From NCBI GenBank assembly GCA_045649645.1, contig JAZRQH010000049.1:1-41804 (forward strand): a stretch of 41,804 bases of DNA, read 5' to 3'. Positions 19,466 through 27,630 of this stretch are shown here, piece by piece. The notes below the pieces were generated by a model. That model saw nothing but the letters and a program-made list of their open reading frames with translations, was not told the origin of the DNA and ran no database searches. Position 1 is the stretch's first letter; each line of letters opens with the position of its first letter. The translations under genes were made by a program, and so were the position numbers. This DNA comes from Eubacteriales bacterium. Lineage in GTDB: Bacteria; Bacillota; Clostridia; Oscillospirales; CAG-272.

Positions 19466-20175
19466 GATTACAGAAGTTTGTTGCCGAATGCGGTGTAATG
19501 AGCCGCCGTGCAGCAGAAAAGGAAATAGAGGCAGGAAACATAACCGTAAACGGTGAAGCTGTTGAGGTGGGCAGAGTTATCGATCCCGCCAGAGACAAGG
19601 TAAGATTTAAGGGAAGACCGGTTATGCGTAAGCGTAACAGCCACAAGGTTTACCTTATGCTCAACAAGCCCCGCGGATACGTTACCACTATGTCTGACGA
19701 TAAGGACAGAAAGTGCGTTGCATCCCTTGTCAAGGACGTGGGGGAGCGCGTATACCCCGTTGGCAGACTTGACTACGAGAGCGAGGGTATGCTTATAATG
19801 ACCAACGACGGAGATCTTGCAAACAAGCTTATGCACCCCGCTCATCACGTTCCCAAGACCTATAACGTAAGGGTTGAGGGCAGTGTGACCAAGGAACAGC
19901 TTGCGCTGCTTAGCTCTGAGATGGTAATAGATGACTATAAGATAAAGCCTGTTGAATGTAAGATACTGCGCTCCAAGAACGGATATACCGTTCTTGAGAT
20001 GGTGCTCCACGAGGGCAGAAACAGACAGATAAGAAAAATGTGCGAGCAGGCAGGCCTTGAGATATCCTACCTTCGCAGGATCGCCATAGGCACTATCGAG
20101 CTTGGAGATCTGCGCGCAGGACAGTGGCGTTGGCTTACAAAGGAACAGATAAAGTATTTAAAGGAGTATAAATAA
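19453..20175 (+). CDS. rluB: 23S rRNA pseudouridine synthase RluB/RsuA family
   Basis: S4 domain RLQKFVAECGVMSRR; NKPRG, PVGRLD and EGRNRQIRKM motifs. Confidence 0.88.
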   Translation: MEQIRLQKFVAECGVMSRRAAEKEIEAGNITVNGEAVEVGRVIDPARDKVRFKGRPVMRKRNSHKVYLMLNKPRGYVTTMSDDKDRKCVASLVKDVGERVYPVGRLDYESEGMLIMTNDGDLANKLMHPAHHVPKTYNVRVEGSVTKEQLALLSSEMVIDDYKIKPVECKILRSKNGYTVLEMVLHEGRNRQIRKMCEQAGLEISYLRRIAIGTIELGDLRAGQWRWLTKEQIKYLKEYK

Positions 20176-20567
20176 TGCTGGAGGTATATCCTATTCAAGA
20201 TAAGGCAGAGCAGGCTGAGCTTTGCGAAAAGGCAGGGATAGTATACGATGCTGATAAGCTTGCTTACAAGGGGATCGTCGGCGGAGAGCTTATAGGCGTT
20301 GCGCAGTTCGGCATCAAGGGCAAGTGCGGCTATATCTACGATCTTGAAAATATCAAGGGTATTGATAACGAGGAGGTCCTCTTCGTTATGGGCAGAGCCG
20401 CTCTTAACTTTATCGATCTGTGCGGTATTACCGACAACTATTTTGAAGCAAGAGACGAGGGCAGAGAAACCCTTGTTTCCCGTATCGGCTTCAAAAAGAA
20501 CGGGTCGGATAAATGGTATATGAATACACAGGGGTTCTTTACCGAGCCCTGTAAGTGTGAGGGCTGA
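20175..20567 (+). CDS. Hypothetical protein, possibly degenerate GNAT-like fold
   Basis: 130 aa; AAGGAG SD; overlaps the rluB stop; native codon usage. Confidence 0.7.
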   Translation: MLEVYPIQDKAEQAELCEKAGIVYDADKLAYKGIVGGELIGVAQFGIKGKCGYIYDLENIKGIDNEEVLFVMGRAALNFIDLCGITDNYFEARDEGRETLVSRIGFKKNGSDKWYMNTQGFFTEPCKCEG

Positions 20568-20585
20568 TCTATCAGCCCTCATTTT
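20558..20585 (+). terminator. Intrinsic terminator ending the lon...rluB unit
   Basis: TGAGGGCTGAT/ATCAGCCCTCA followed by TTTT. Confidence 0.7.
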
Positions 20586-20642
20586 GTACATAGTGCCAAA
20601 AAATGGCAGGAATATTTGTTACAAATTTTTACCAGTTTTCTA

Positions 20643-20671
20643 TTGCAATATTTCCCATAATATGGTAATAT
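20643..20671 (+). promoter_or_regulatory. Sigma-A promoter of spo0A
   Basis: TTGCAA-17-TAATAT with TG extension. Confidence 0.55.
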
Positions 20672-20709
20672 ATAGGAGTAATAAATAAAAAATAACGGAG
20701 CGTGTAAAA

Positions 20710-21489
20710 ATGGAGCATAATGTTAAGATACTTGTCGCAGATGAAAACAGGGAGTTCAGACGAAGCTGTAGGGATAACCTTATGGGCTTCGGTTACCGTA
20801 TGGTAGAGGAGGCCTCTGACGGTGAGGAGGCTATGTTTCAGATAGAGAAGCATCATCCCGACATCGTTATTATGGACGTGTGGATGGGTAAGGTGGAGAC
20901 CCTGAACGTTATCCGCAACTGCGCCAGACTTTCCTACGGGGAGGACAATCCGCCTTCATTTATAATTACTTCTATAGTCAATAATCCCAATATGTTCAAC
21001 GAGCTGTCCGATGCGGGAGCACAGTACTGTGTGCTCAAGCCTCTGGACTACACCACCCTTCACGAGAGAATAAGAAGAATATACGAAACAAGAGTCAAGG
21101 ACGGTCGATATGCCTCAGCTATGCCCGAACCGTGCGAGGACCTTGAAGCACAGGTAACAAAGGTGATACATCAGATAGGCGTACCTGCGCATATCAAGGG
21201 TTATCAGTATCTCAGAACAGCTATCCTGATGACCATAGTTGACAGCGAGATGATAAACGCTGTTACAAAGATACTCTATCCCTCTGTGGCAAAGAAATAT
21301 CAGACCACGTCGTCCCGTGTTGAGCGCGCAATCCGTCACGCTATCGAGGTAGCTTGGGATCGCGGAGATATAGACGTGCTTAACTCCTATTTCGGTTATA
21401 CGATACATAACAACAGAGGTAAGCCTACCAACAGCGAGTTTATTGCAATGATCGCCGATAATCTCAGACTTACAAACAAGCTATCATAA
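20710..21489 (+). CDS. spo0A: Sporulation master regulator Spo0A
   Basis: Receiver domain plus C-terminal [32 protein letters not shown] and [13 protein letters not shown]. Confidence 0.97.
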   Translation: MEHNVKILVADENREFRRSCRDNLMGFGYRMVEEASDGEEAMFQIEKHHPDIVIMDVWMGKVETLNVIRNCARLSYGEDNPPSFIITSIVNNPNMFNELSDAGAQYCVLKPLDYTTLHERIRRIYETRVKDGRYASAMPEPCEDLEAQVTKVIHQIGVPAHIKGYQYLRTAILMTIVDSEMINAVTKILYPSVAKKYQTTSSRVERAIRHAIEVAWDRGDIDVLNSYFGYTIHNNRGKPTNSEFIAMIADNLRLTNKLS

Positions 21490-21515
21490 ATGCACCCGTT
21501 TGGGTGCATTTTTTT
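21488..21515 (+). terminator. Intrinsic terminator after spo0A
   Basis: AAATGCACCC-GTTT-GGGTGCATTT followed by a T-run. Confidence 0.85.
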
Positions 21516-21535
21516 ATATTTCCTCGCATATCTAT
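21506..21535 (+). promoter_or_regulatory. Putative sigma-E promoter of the spoIIIA operon
   Basis: GCATT-16-CATATCTAT; spoIIIA is sigma-E dependent in studied spore formers. Confidence 0.5.
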
Positions 21536-21550
21536 GTTGTGGGTGATGTA

Positions 21551-22408
21551 GTGAACAAGCTTGACGGATATCTGTCTACCGATATTTTAACCGAGTTAAA
21601 GGGTCACGGTAGAATTAACGAAATCAGACTTAAGCGGAATTCTCCTGTGGTTATTAAAAAGGATGACCGATATATCAGACTTAACACAGTAACCGACTCG
21701 GACAGCTTTGACGTGATTCTGGACAAGTTACTTGAGCATTCTTATCATTCAAAGTTATCCGGTCTTATTGAGGGGTATATAGCCCTTGGGGAGGGTTACC
21801 GTGTGGGGGTTGCGGGACAGGCGGTGTTGCGAAACGGGACGGTCGCTAACTTAAGTGAAATCGGCTCCGTTAATATACGTATTCCTCATATAATAAGAGG
21901 TATCTGCCAGCCTGTGATCCAATATCTGAGTTTAACGAATTTCAGAGCCGGCGTGCTTATATATTCTCCTCCGGGGGTAGGTAAGACAACTCTTTTAAGG
22001 GATCTTATACTGACTCTTGCCACAGCTCCGAACTTTAAGCGTTTATCGGTCATAGATTCACGTAACGAGCTCTACCACCCCTGTATGTCAGATCTGCCCA
22101 TGCTTGATATCTATACGGGATATCCTAAGCATAAGGGTATAGAGCAGGCTATACGTACTATGGCACCCGATATTGTTATATGTGACGAGATAGGAAACGA
22201 CGAGGAGACCCAGGCTCTGCTCGCCAACCAAAGCGCAGGTGTACCGATAATAGCCAGCGCACACGGAGAAAGCTATTCTTCACTTATAAACAGAAGCAAT
22301 ATACAGAGGATGGACGAGCGTGGAGTGTTTGGGTGTTATATCGGTATCAAGCGCAGATCCTCCGGTGAAAAATACGATTTTGAGTTCACGGAGTCACAGA
22401 ATGTATAG
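21551..22408 (+). CDS. spoIIIAA: Stage III sporulation ATPase AA
   Basis: EIRL, GYRVGVAG, SPPGVGKTTLLRD, IDSRNE, CDEIG and SAHG. GTG start follows GGGTGA. Confidence 0.92.
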   Translation: MNKLDGYLSTDILTELKGHGRINEIRLKRNSPVVIKKDDRYIRLNTVTDSDSFDVILDKLLEHSYHSKLSGLIEGYIALGEGYRVGVAGQAVLRNGTVANLSEIGSVNIRIPHIIRGICQPVIQYLSLTNFRAGVLIYSPPGVGKTTLLRDLILTLATAPNFKRLSVIDSRNELYHPCMSDLPMLDIYTGYPKHKGIEQAIRTMAPDIVICDEIGNDEETQALLANQSAGVPIIASAHGESYSSLINRSNIQRMDERGVFGCYIGIKRRSSGEKYDFEFTESQNV

Positions 22409-22853
22409 ATATACTGCGATCTTTATTATATTGCTCATATCATTGTATACAGCACTGTGCATAACGCGTTACGGCAGAGAAAAGATAAGCTTTCATATTG
22501 CTGTGATAGACTTTATAACCTACGTAAAGCAGCAGATAACCTTCTTCTGTACACCTACAAATAAGCTGATAGAGGAATATCACGACACGAAGCTGCGTGA
22601 AAGCGGAATTTTTTCAAGTGACGGTATTGAAGCAAACGTTTATCTTGATGCGCGTGGTAAAAAACTCTTGAAGGATTTTTTTGCAAGGCTTGGCAAAAGC
22701 AGTGCGGAGGATCAGATAGCAAGCTGTGATTATACAATAGAAGGATTGAACGCTCTGCTGACTGAATACAGATCGGATATACCAAAGAAATATAAGGTCT
22801 ATTCAACGCTGACTCTGATAGCGGGATCAATGCTGTTAATTCTTTTGATATAG
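22401..22853 (+). CDS. spoIIIAB: Stage III sporulation protein AB
   Basis: Position, N- and C-terminal TM segments, LGKSSAEDQ motif. ATG at 22401 follows GGAG. Confidence 0.8.
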   Translation: MYRYTAIFIILLISLYTALCITRYGREKISFHIAVIDFITYVKQQITFFCTPTNKLIEEYHDTKLRESGIFSSDGIEANVYLDARGKKLLKDFFARLGKSSAEDQIASCDYTIEGLNALLTEYRSDIPKKYKVYSTLTLIAGSMLLILLI

Positions 22854-22862
22854 GGGTGAAGG

Positions 22863-23057
22863 ATGGATATAACCGTAATAATGAAGATAGCGGGTATCGG
22901 TTTTCTGGTGAGCGTATCCTATATCCTGCTCAACAGAGCAGGCAGGGATGAGATGGCGATGCTCGTATCGGTTGCAGGGGTGATAATAGTGCTCGTTATG
23001 ATAATATCTCAGCTGGGCGACCTTCTGGAAAGCGTTAAGAGCACCTTCGGTCTATGA
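22863..23057 (+). CDS. spoIIIAC: Stage III sporulation protein AC
   Basis: MDITVIMKIAGIG...AGRDE...F.L; 64 aa. Confidence 0.92.
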   Translation: MDITVIMKIAGIGFLVSVSYILLNRAGRDEMAMLVSVAGVIIVLVMIISQLGDLLESVKSTFGL

Positions 23058-23437
23058 TGCTGAAGGCAATAGGAATAGCGGTGGTGACTGTTATTGCTTG
23101 CTCAGTATTGAAGAGCACCCAGCCGAGGCTGACACCCTTTATTATTTTTTCAGCGGGGCTTTGCGTACTGATGCTTTGCTTTGCGGATATTGAAGAAATA
23201 TTCGGGTATTTTTACTCTCTGTGTGATTCAAACAGATACGGGGATTATTTCAAAGTGATGCTCAAGGGACTTGGCGTCTCGTATCTTGCAAGCGTAGGAG
23301 CGGATCTCTGCCGTGACAGCGGCGAGGAACAGCTTGCGGGACGTATCGAGCTTGCCGCCAAGGCAGAGCTGCTTATACTGGCATTTCCGCTTATCAAGGG
23401 TATAATTGAGCTCAGCGAAGGTATACTGACGTCATGA
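23054..23437 (+). CDS. spoIIIAD: Stage III sporulation protein AD
   Basis: LKGLGVSYL...CRDSGE..LAGRIELAAK motif. Confidence 0.9.
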   Translation: MMLKAIGIAVVTVIACSVLKSTQPRLTPFIIFSAGLCVLMLCFADIEEIFGYFYSLCDSNRYGDYFKVMLKGLGVSYLASVGADLCRDSGEEQLAGRIELAAKAELLILAFPLIKGIIELSEGILTS

Positions 23438-24504
23438 TAGGAAGGATAGTTTGTATAGCGGTCGTGTTGATTCTGTTCTGTACTCCGATCATGGCTTATG
23501 ACGCTTCGGAATATATAACGGATGAAATGGAGCAAAATCTTCCCGACGGTATTGTTGTGGATGATCGTATCAGCTATAGCACGTTGCTTGAAGAGATAAG
23601 TAAGGCTTTGGGTGATACGCTGCCACAGGTCGTAAAGGATACAGCTGTCTTGCTTGCGGTTATAATACTCTCAGCCTTATTCGGCACCCTTGCAGGTTCT
23701 GTAAGGACGGCAGGTGTACAACGCTGTCTTGGGTATCTTTCCACAGCTTGCATTGCTATGGCGGTGTACAATACGCTTTCGTCGGTATGGACGGAGATGT
23801 CCGAGCTTCTATCCCGTATAAATACCTTTATGACCACCCTTACCCCTGTGACCACCCTTTTGTACTCCATGGGCGGAAACCTGACCACGGCGGCACTTAA
23901 CGATACTGCGATGGGGATTATCCTGACAGTCTTTGAGACCGTTTGCTTTCACTGTATCAAGCCGATGCTGCAGGTATGCTTCGGCTTCAGTATCATAAGC
24001 GCTCTTTCATCGGGAATCGATCTTAGGGCCTTGGGCAGCTTTGTACGCCGTACCTATACAACCGTGCTTATGTTTGTAATGTCGACGATGATATGTATTC
24101 TCACTCTTCAGAATATGCTGACAAGGCCAAAGGACTCCCTTGGCATACGTACCGTCAAGTTTGCGGCGGCAAATTCTATCCCAATCGTCGGATCTGCATT
24201 AGGGGAGGCTGCGGCAACGGTAGGTGTAGGTATGTCCGCGATCCGTGGCAACTTTGGAGTTCTTGCGATACTTGCGCTTGTGATGATGATACTTCCGCCG
24301 ATCATATCAATGTGGCTTAATAAGATATCCTTTTCTCTTATGTCGGCGGTGTGTTCGGTCTTTGGGCTGACTAAGGAGCAAGAAATAATTTCAGGTGGCG
24401 CGGAACTTATGAACTTTGCGTTGGCGATAACTCTGTCCTCGGCAGTAATGTTTATCATAAGTATATATCTGTTCGCCACGGCACAGGCAGTGGTGGGAGG
24501 CTGA
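23434..24504 (+). CDS. spoIIIAE: Stage III sporulation protein AE
   Basis: Signal peptide, multi-TM, KFAAANSIPIVG motif, operon position. Confidence 0.88.
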   Translation: MIGRIVCIAVVLILFCTPIMAYDASEYITDEMEQNLPDGIVVDDRISYSTLLEEISKALGDTLPQVVKDTAVLLAVIILSALFGTLAGSVRTAGVQRCLGYLSTACIAMAVYNTLSSVWTEMSELLSRINTFMTTLTPVTTLLYSMGGNLTTAALNDTAMGIILTVFETVCFHCIKPMLQVCFGFSIISALSSGIDLRALGSFVRRTYTTVLMFVMSTMICILTLQNMLTRPKDSLGIRTVKFAAANSIPIVGSALGEAAATVGVGMSAIRGNFGVLAILALVMMILPPIISMWLNKISFSLMSAVCSVFGLTKEQEIISGGAELMNFALAITLSSAVMFIISIYLFATAQAVVGG

Positions 24505-24505
24505 T

Positions 24506-24991
24506 ATGGGCGGTATACGTGAATTTGTATACTCACTTCTTATAGTATCTGTATCAGGCTCTGTTATAACCATGTTTGCCCCCGAAAACCCGCGGGTGTC
24601 AAAATATCTTAATTTCCTTATAAGCCTTGTTATAACCTCGGTATTACTACTTCCGTTGTGTAATGCAGTAGTTAAGCTCCCGCAGATTAAGACGGGTGAC
24701 ATCGATTTTGCCGAAGGACAGGCATCCATGAGTACGTATACCGATACGGTGTTGGAGCAAGCCTGCGAGAATATAGAAAGGGAGCTCAAGGATACTCTTT
24801 ATCAACGCTTTGACGTAGAGCCTGCAGACGTAAAGGTAATAAGCAACGGGGTGCCCGAAGCTCTTGAGATTAAAGAGATAGAGGTGATCTATGACATTGA
24901 AAACGGCCTGTTGTATTCGGATACGGTAAACTATATCAGGAGTATTTTTGATAAAGACTGTGAGGTGAGGGTGACCTGTGAAGATATTTAA
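24506..24991 (+). CDS. spoIIIAF: Stage III sporulation protein AF
   Basis: Two N-terminal TMs with P....KY; operon position. Confidence 0.8.
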   Translation: MGGIREFVYSLLIVSVSGSVITMFAPENPRVSKYLNFLISLVITSVLLLPLCNAVVKLPQIKTGDIDFAEGQASMSTYTDTVLEQACENIERELKDTLYQRFDVEPADVKVISNGVPEALEIKEIEVIYDIENGLLYSDTVNYIRSIFDKDCEVRVTCEDI

Positions 24992-25415
24992 CCGTAAGAG
25001 CCTTATACTGATAGCCGTGGGCGTGCTCTGCGCGGTAATACTTCTGTTCACAAGCGAAAAAACAAAGGTATCTACCGAGGCTAAAGCAAGCTACGAGGAT
25101 ATGATAGAGCATAAGCTCACCGAGCTTATATCCGGACTTGGCGGTGTCAGTAACGTAAAGGTAATGGTGGTACAGGACTGTGGGGTAGAATACGTATATG
25201 CCGTTGATACCGAATCGTCGGCAGACAGAGAAAACAGTAAATATTACAGCGCAGGAGATGAAGAAGCTCTGTTGCTCAAGGAGATATCTCCTGTAATAAA
25301 GGGTGTCGCGGTGGTGTGTGACAGTGAAGATCCTGACAGAGCGGAGGCTAAGATAACCGAGCTTATAGCAAGCGTGTTTGATATTCCGACGACCGATATA
25401 TTTGTAGATGCATAG
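24978..25415 (+). CDS. spoIIIAG: Stage III sporulation protein AG
   Basis: GVSNVKVMV and PVIKGVAVVC ring-building motif; GTG start. Confidence 0.85.
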   Translation: MKIFNRKSLILIAVGVLCAVILLFTSEKTKVSTEAKASYEDMIEHKLTELISGLGGVSNVKVMVVQDCGVEYVYAVDTESSADRENSKYYSAGDEEALLLKEISPVIKGVAVVCDSEDPDRAEAKITELIASVFDIPTTDIFVDA

Positions 25416-25470
25416 TAATAGATAAGAAACTTACCGAATATAAATATATAAAAAACAGTGAGGTAATGCT

Positions 25471-26043
25471 ATGAACATAGGAAAAACAAAAAATCTACTT
25501 ACCGACGGAGCCAAAAGGATAAAAAAGGGCTTTTCAAGAGAAAACCTGAAGCGGAACATAATCGTCCTTGCATCTCTGGGTATAATCGGAGGAGCAGTAT
25601 ATCTGAACTGGAGCTACTTCAAGCCGGGTGACGGGGTCTCGACGGCGTCCGAAAACAAAAGCGAAAGTGAGCTTGTAGATATCGAGAACGCCGAATCTTA
25701 CTTTGCTATGACGGAGGTATCAAGGCAGAGAACAAGGGACGAGGCTCTTGAGGTGTTACAGACTATAGTTGACAACGAAGCAACACTCGAGGAGGATCGC
25801 AATGCAGCGCTTGCGGCGATAAACGTTATAGCCGCCAATATCCAGTCGGAGGGAAATATAGAATCTCTGGTTGTTTCCAAGGGTTTTGAGGATTGTGTTG
25901 CAGTGATCAGTGAGGGTAACGCTACGGTCGTGGTCAAGAGCGACGGTCTGCTTGAAAACGAGATCACACAGATACGGGAGATAGTATATACCGAGGCGGG
26001 TATACTTCCTGAAAACTTAAAAATAATCGAAAAAGCGGCATAA
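25471..26043 (+). CDS. spoIIIAH: Stage III sporulation protein AH
   Basis: AVYLNW, YF...R...R and E..IE.L..SKGFEDCV motifs. Confidence 0.9.
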   Translation: MNIGKTKNLLTDGAKRIKKGFSRENLKRNIIVLASLGIIGGAVYLNWSYFKPGDGVSTASENKSESELVDIENAESYFAMTEVSRQRTRDEALEVLQTIVDNEATLEEDRNAALAAINVIAANIQSEGNIESLVVSKGFEDCVAVISEGNATVVVKSDGLLENEITQIREIVYTEAGILPENLKIIEKAA

Positions 26044-26046
26044 CAA

Positions 26047-26160
26047 GGGGCAAGTTGCCGCGAACCCCAAAGCTCGACAAGCTCGCTTCGGGAACCCCGG
26101 CGTCCCACCCAAACTGCGCTTTGTGGCACAAATAACGTCTTTTGTCCATCACACGCCACA
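26047..26160 (-). repeat. GC-rich two-hairpin element (REP/MITE-like repeat or unannotated structured RNA)
   Basis: Long rod hairpin at 26048-26110 that pairs best on the minus strand through G-U pairs, plus a second stem at 26122-26160. Confidence 0.45.
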
Positions 26161-26179
26161 TCGTAATTTCCTATACATT

Positions 26180-26215
26180 AAAAAAGTGCTATCCGTACGG
26201 ATAGCACTTTAAAAA
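26180..26215 (-). terminator. Intrinsic terminator of glyQS (possibly bidirectional)
   Basis: AAAGTGCTATCCG-TA-CGGATAGCACTTT with a T6 run on the minus strand. Confidence 0.85.
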
Positions 26216-26223
26216 TATTTATC

Positions 26224-27615
26224 TTAGTATACCATCTTCTTAGCAAGGTAAGCCTCAAGATCCTCGATCTTGATTCTTTCCTGCTCCATGGTGTCACGGT
26301 CACGAACTGTTACGCAGCCGTCTTCCTTGGACTCGAAGTCGTAAGTGATACAGTAGGGAGTACCGATCTCGTCCTCACGGCGGTATCTCTTACCGATCGA
26401 ACCTGTCTCGTCGAAGTCAACGTTGTAGTTCTTTGCAAGCATTGCGTATACTTCCTGAGCCTCAGCAGAAAGCTTCTTTGAGAGAGGAAGAACCGCAGCC
26501 TTGAAGGGAGCAATGAAGGGATGGAAGTGCATAACGACACGTGTATCGTTTTCGCCAACCTGCTCCTCGTCGTATGCCTCGCAGAGGAGTGCAAGCAGAG
26601 CTCTGTCTGCACCGAGGGAGGGCTCGATAACGTAGGGTACGTACTTTTCGTTGGTTTCGGGATCGAAGTATTCAAGAGCTTCGCCGCTGTGTTCAGCGTG
26701 CTGGGAGAGGTCGTAGTCTGTTCTGTCTGCTATACCCCAGAGCTCGCCCCAGCCGAAGGGGAAGAGGTACTCAAAGTCGGTTGTAGCCTTGGAGTAGAAG
26801 CAGAGCTCCTCGGGAGAATGGTCACGGAGTCTGAGGTTTTCCTTAGCGATGCCGAGACCGTAGAGGAAGTTTTCGCAGTAATCCTTCCAGTACTTGAACC
26901 ACTCAAGGTCGGTGCCGGGCTTGCAGAAGAACTCAAGCTCCATCTGCTCGAACTCTCTGGTTCTGAAGATAAAGTTACCGGGTGTGATCTCGTTACGGAA
27001 GGACTTACCGATCTGACCTACACCGAAGGGGATCTTCTTACGGGTAGTACGCTGTACGTTCTTGAAGTTTACAAAGATACCCTGTGCAGTTTCGGGTCTC
27101 AGATACAGCTCGGAGGTAGAATCCTCGGTTACGCCCTGGTATGTCTTGAACATAAGGTTGAACTTACGGATAGAGGTAAAGTCCTTGCTGCCGCAGTCGG
27201 GACAAACGATACCGTTCTCGGCGATGAACTCAGCCATCTTGTCGTTGGTCCAGCCGTTGGGGTTGATGTCGAGATTGTTTTCGGCAATGTAGTCCTCGAT
27301 CAGCTTATCTGCGCGGTGACGTGTCTTGCATGCCTTACAGTCCATAAGGGGATCGGAAAATCCGCCTACGTGACCGGATGCAACCCAGGTCTCGGGATTC
27401 ATGATGATAGCACAGTCAAGACCTACGTTGTAGGGAGATTCCTGTACGAACTTTTTCCACCATGCCTTCTTTACGTTGTTCTTGAGCTCAACGCCGAGAG
27501 GACCGTAGTCCCAGGAGTTGGCAAGACCGCCGTATATTTCTGAGCCGCTGTATATAAAGCCTCTGGTCTTACATAAAGCAACTATCTTGTCCATAGTTTT
27601 CTGTCTGTTGTCCAT
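26224..27615 (-). CDS. glyQS: Glycine--tRNA ligase (homodimeric alpha2 type)
   Basis: YGG...[43 protein letters not shown] and [12 protein letters not shown] motifs. Confidence 0.97.
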   Translation of the reverse strand: MDNRQKTMDKIVALCKTRGFIYSGSEIYGGLANSWDYGPLGVELKNNVKKAWWKKFVQESPYNVGLDCAIIMNPETWVASGHVGGFSDPLMDCKACKTRHRADKLIEDYIAENNLDINPNGWTNDKMAEFIAENGIVCPDCGSKDFTSIRKFNLMFKTYQGVTEDSTSELYLRPETAQGIFVNFKNVQRTTRKKIPFGVGQIGKSFRNEITPGNFIFRTREFEQMELEFFCKPGTDLEWFKYWKDYCENFLYGLGIAKENLRLRDHSPEELCFYSKATTDFEYLFPFGWGELWGIADRTDYDLSQHAEHSGEALEYFDPETNEKYVPYVIEPSLGADRALLALLCEAYDEEQVGENDTRVVMHFHPFIAPFKAAVLPLSKKLSAEAQEVYAMLAKNYNVDFDETGSIGKRYRREDEIGTPYCITYDFESKEDGCVTVRDRDTMEQERIKIEDLEAYLAKKMVY

Positions 27616-27630
27616 TGTATATAAACTCCT

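Noticed and set aside
20605-20640. GCAGGAATA as a sigma-H -35 for spo0A
   Set aside because: No GAAT -10 element at the required spacing.
26088-26110. GTGGGACGC and CGGGGTTCCCGA on the minus strand resemble pieces of a c-di-GMP-I riboswitch; HDV, pistol, hammerhead, 6S, SRP and group II intron domain V were also considered
   Set aside because: The pieces are contiguous, and the GNRA loop, CAAA and P2 stem are missing. There is no downstream same-strand gene, and the core motifs of the other RNAs were not found.
26521-27543. 340-aa antisense ORF opposite glyQS (similar long shadow ORFs oppose the topoisomerase, addA, murA and nagA)
   Set aside because: No recognisable domain or SD. Strong codon bias in the real gene suppresses stop codons on the opposite strand, producing shadow ORFs.
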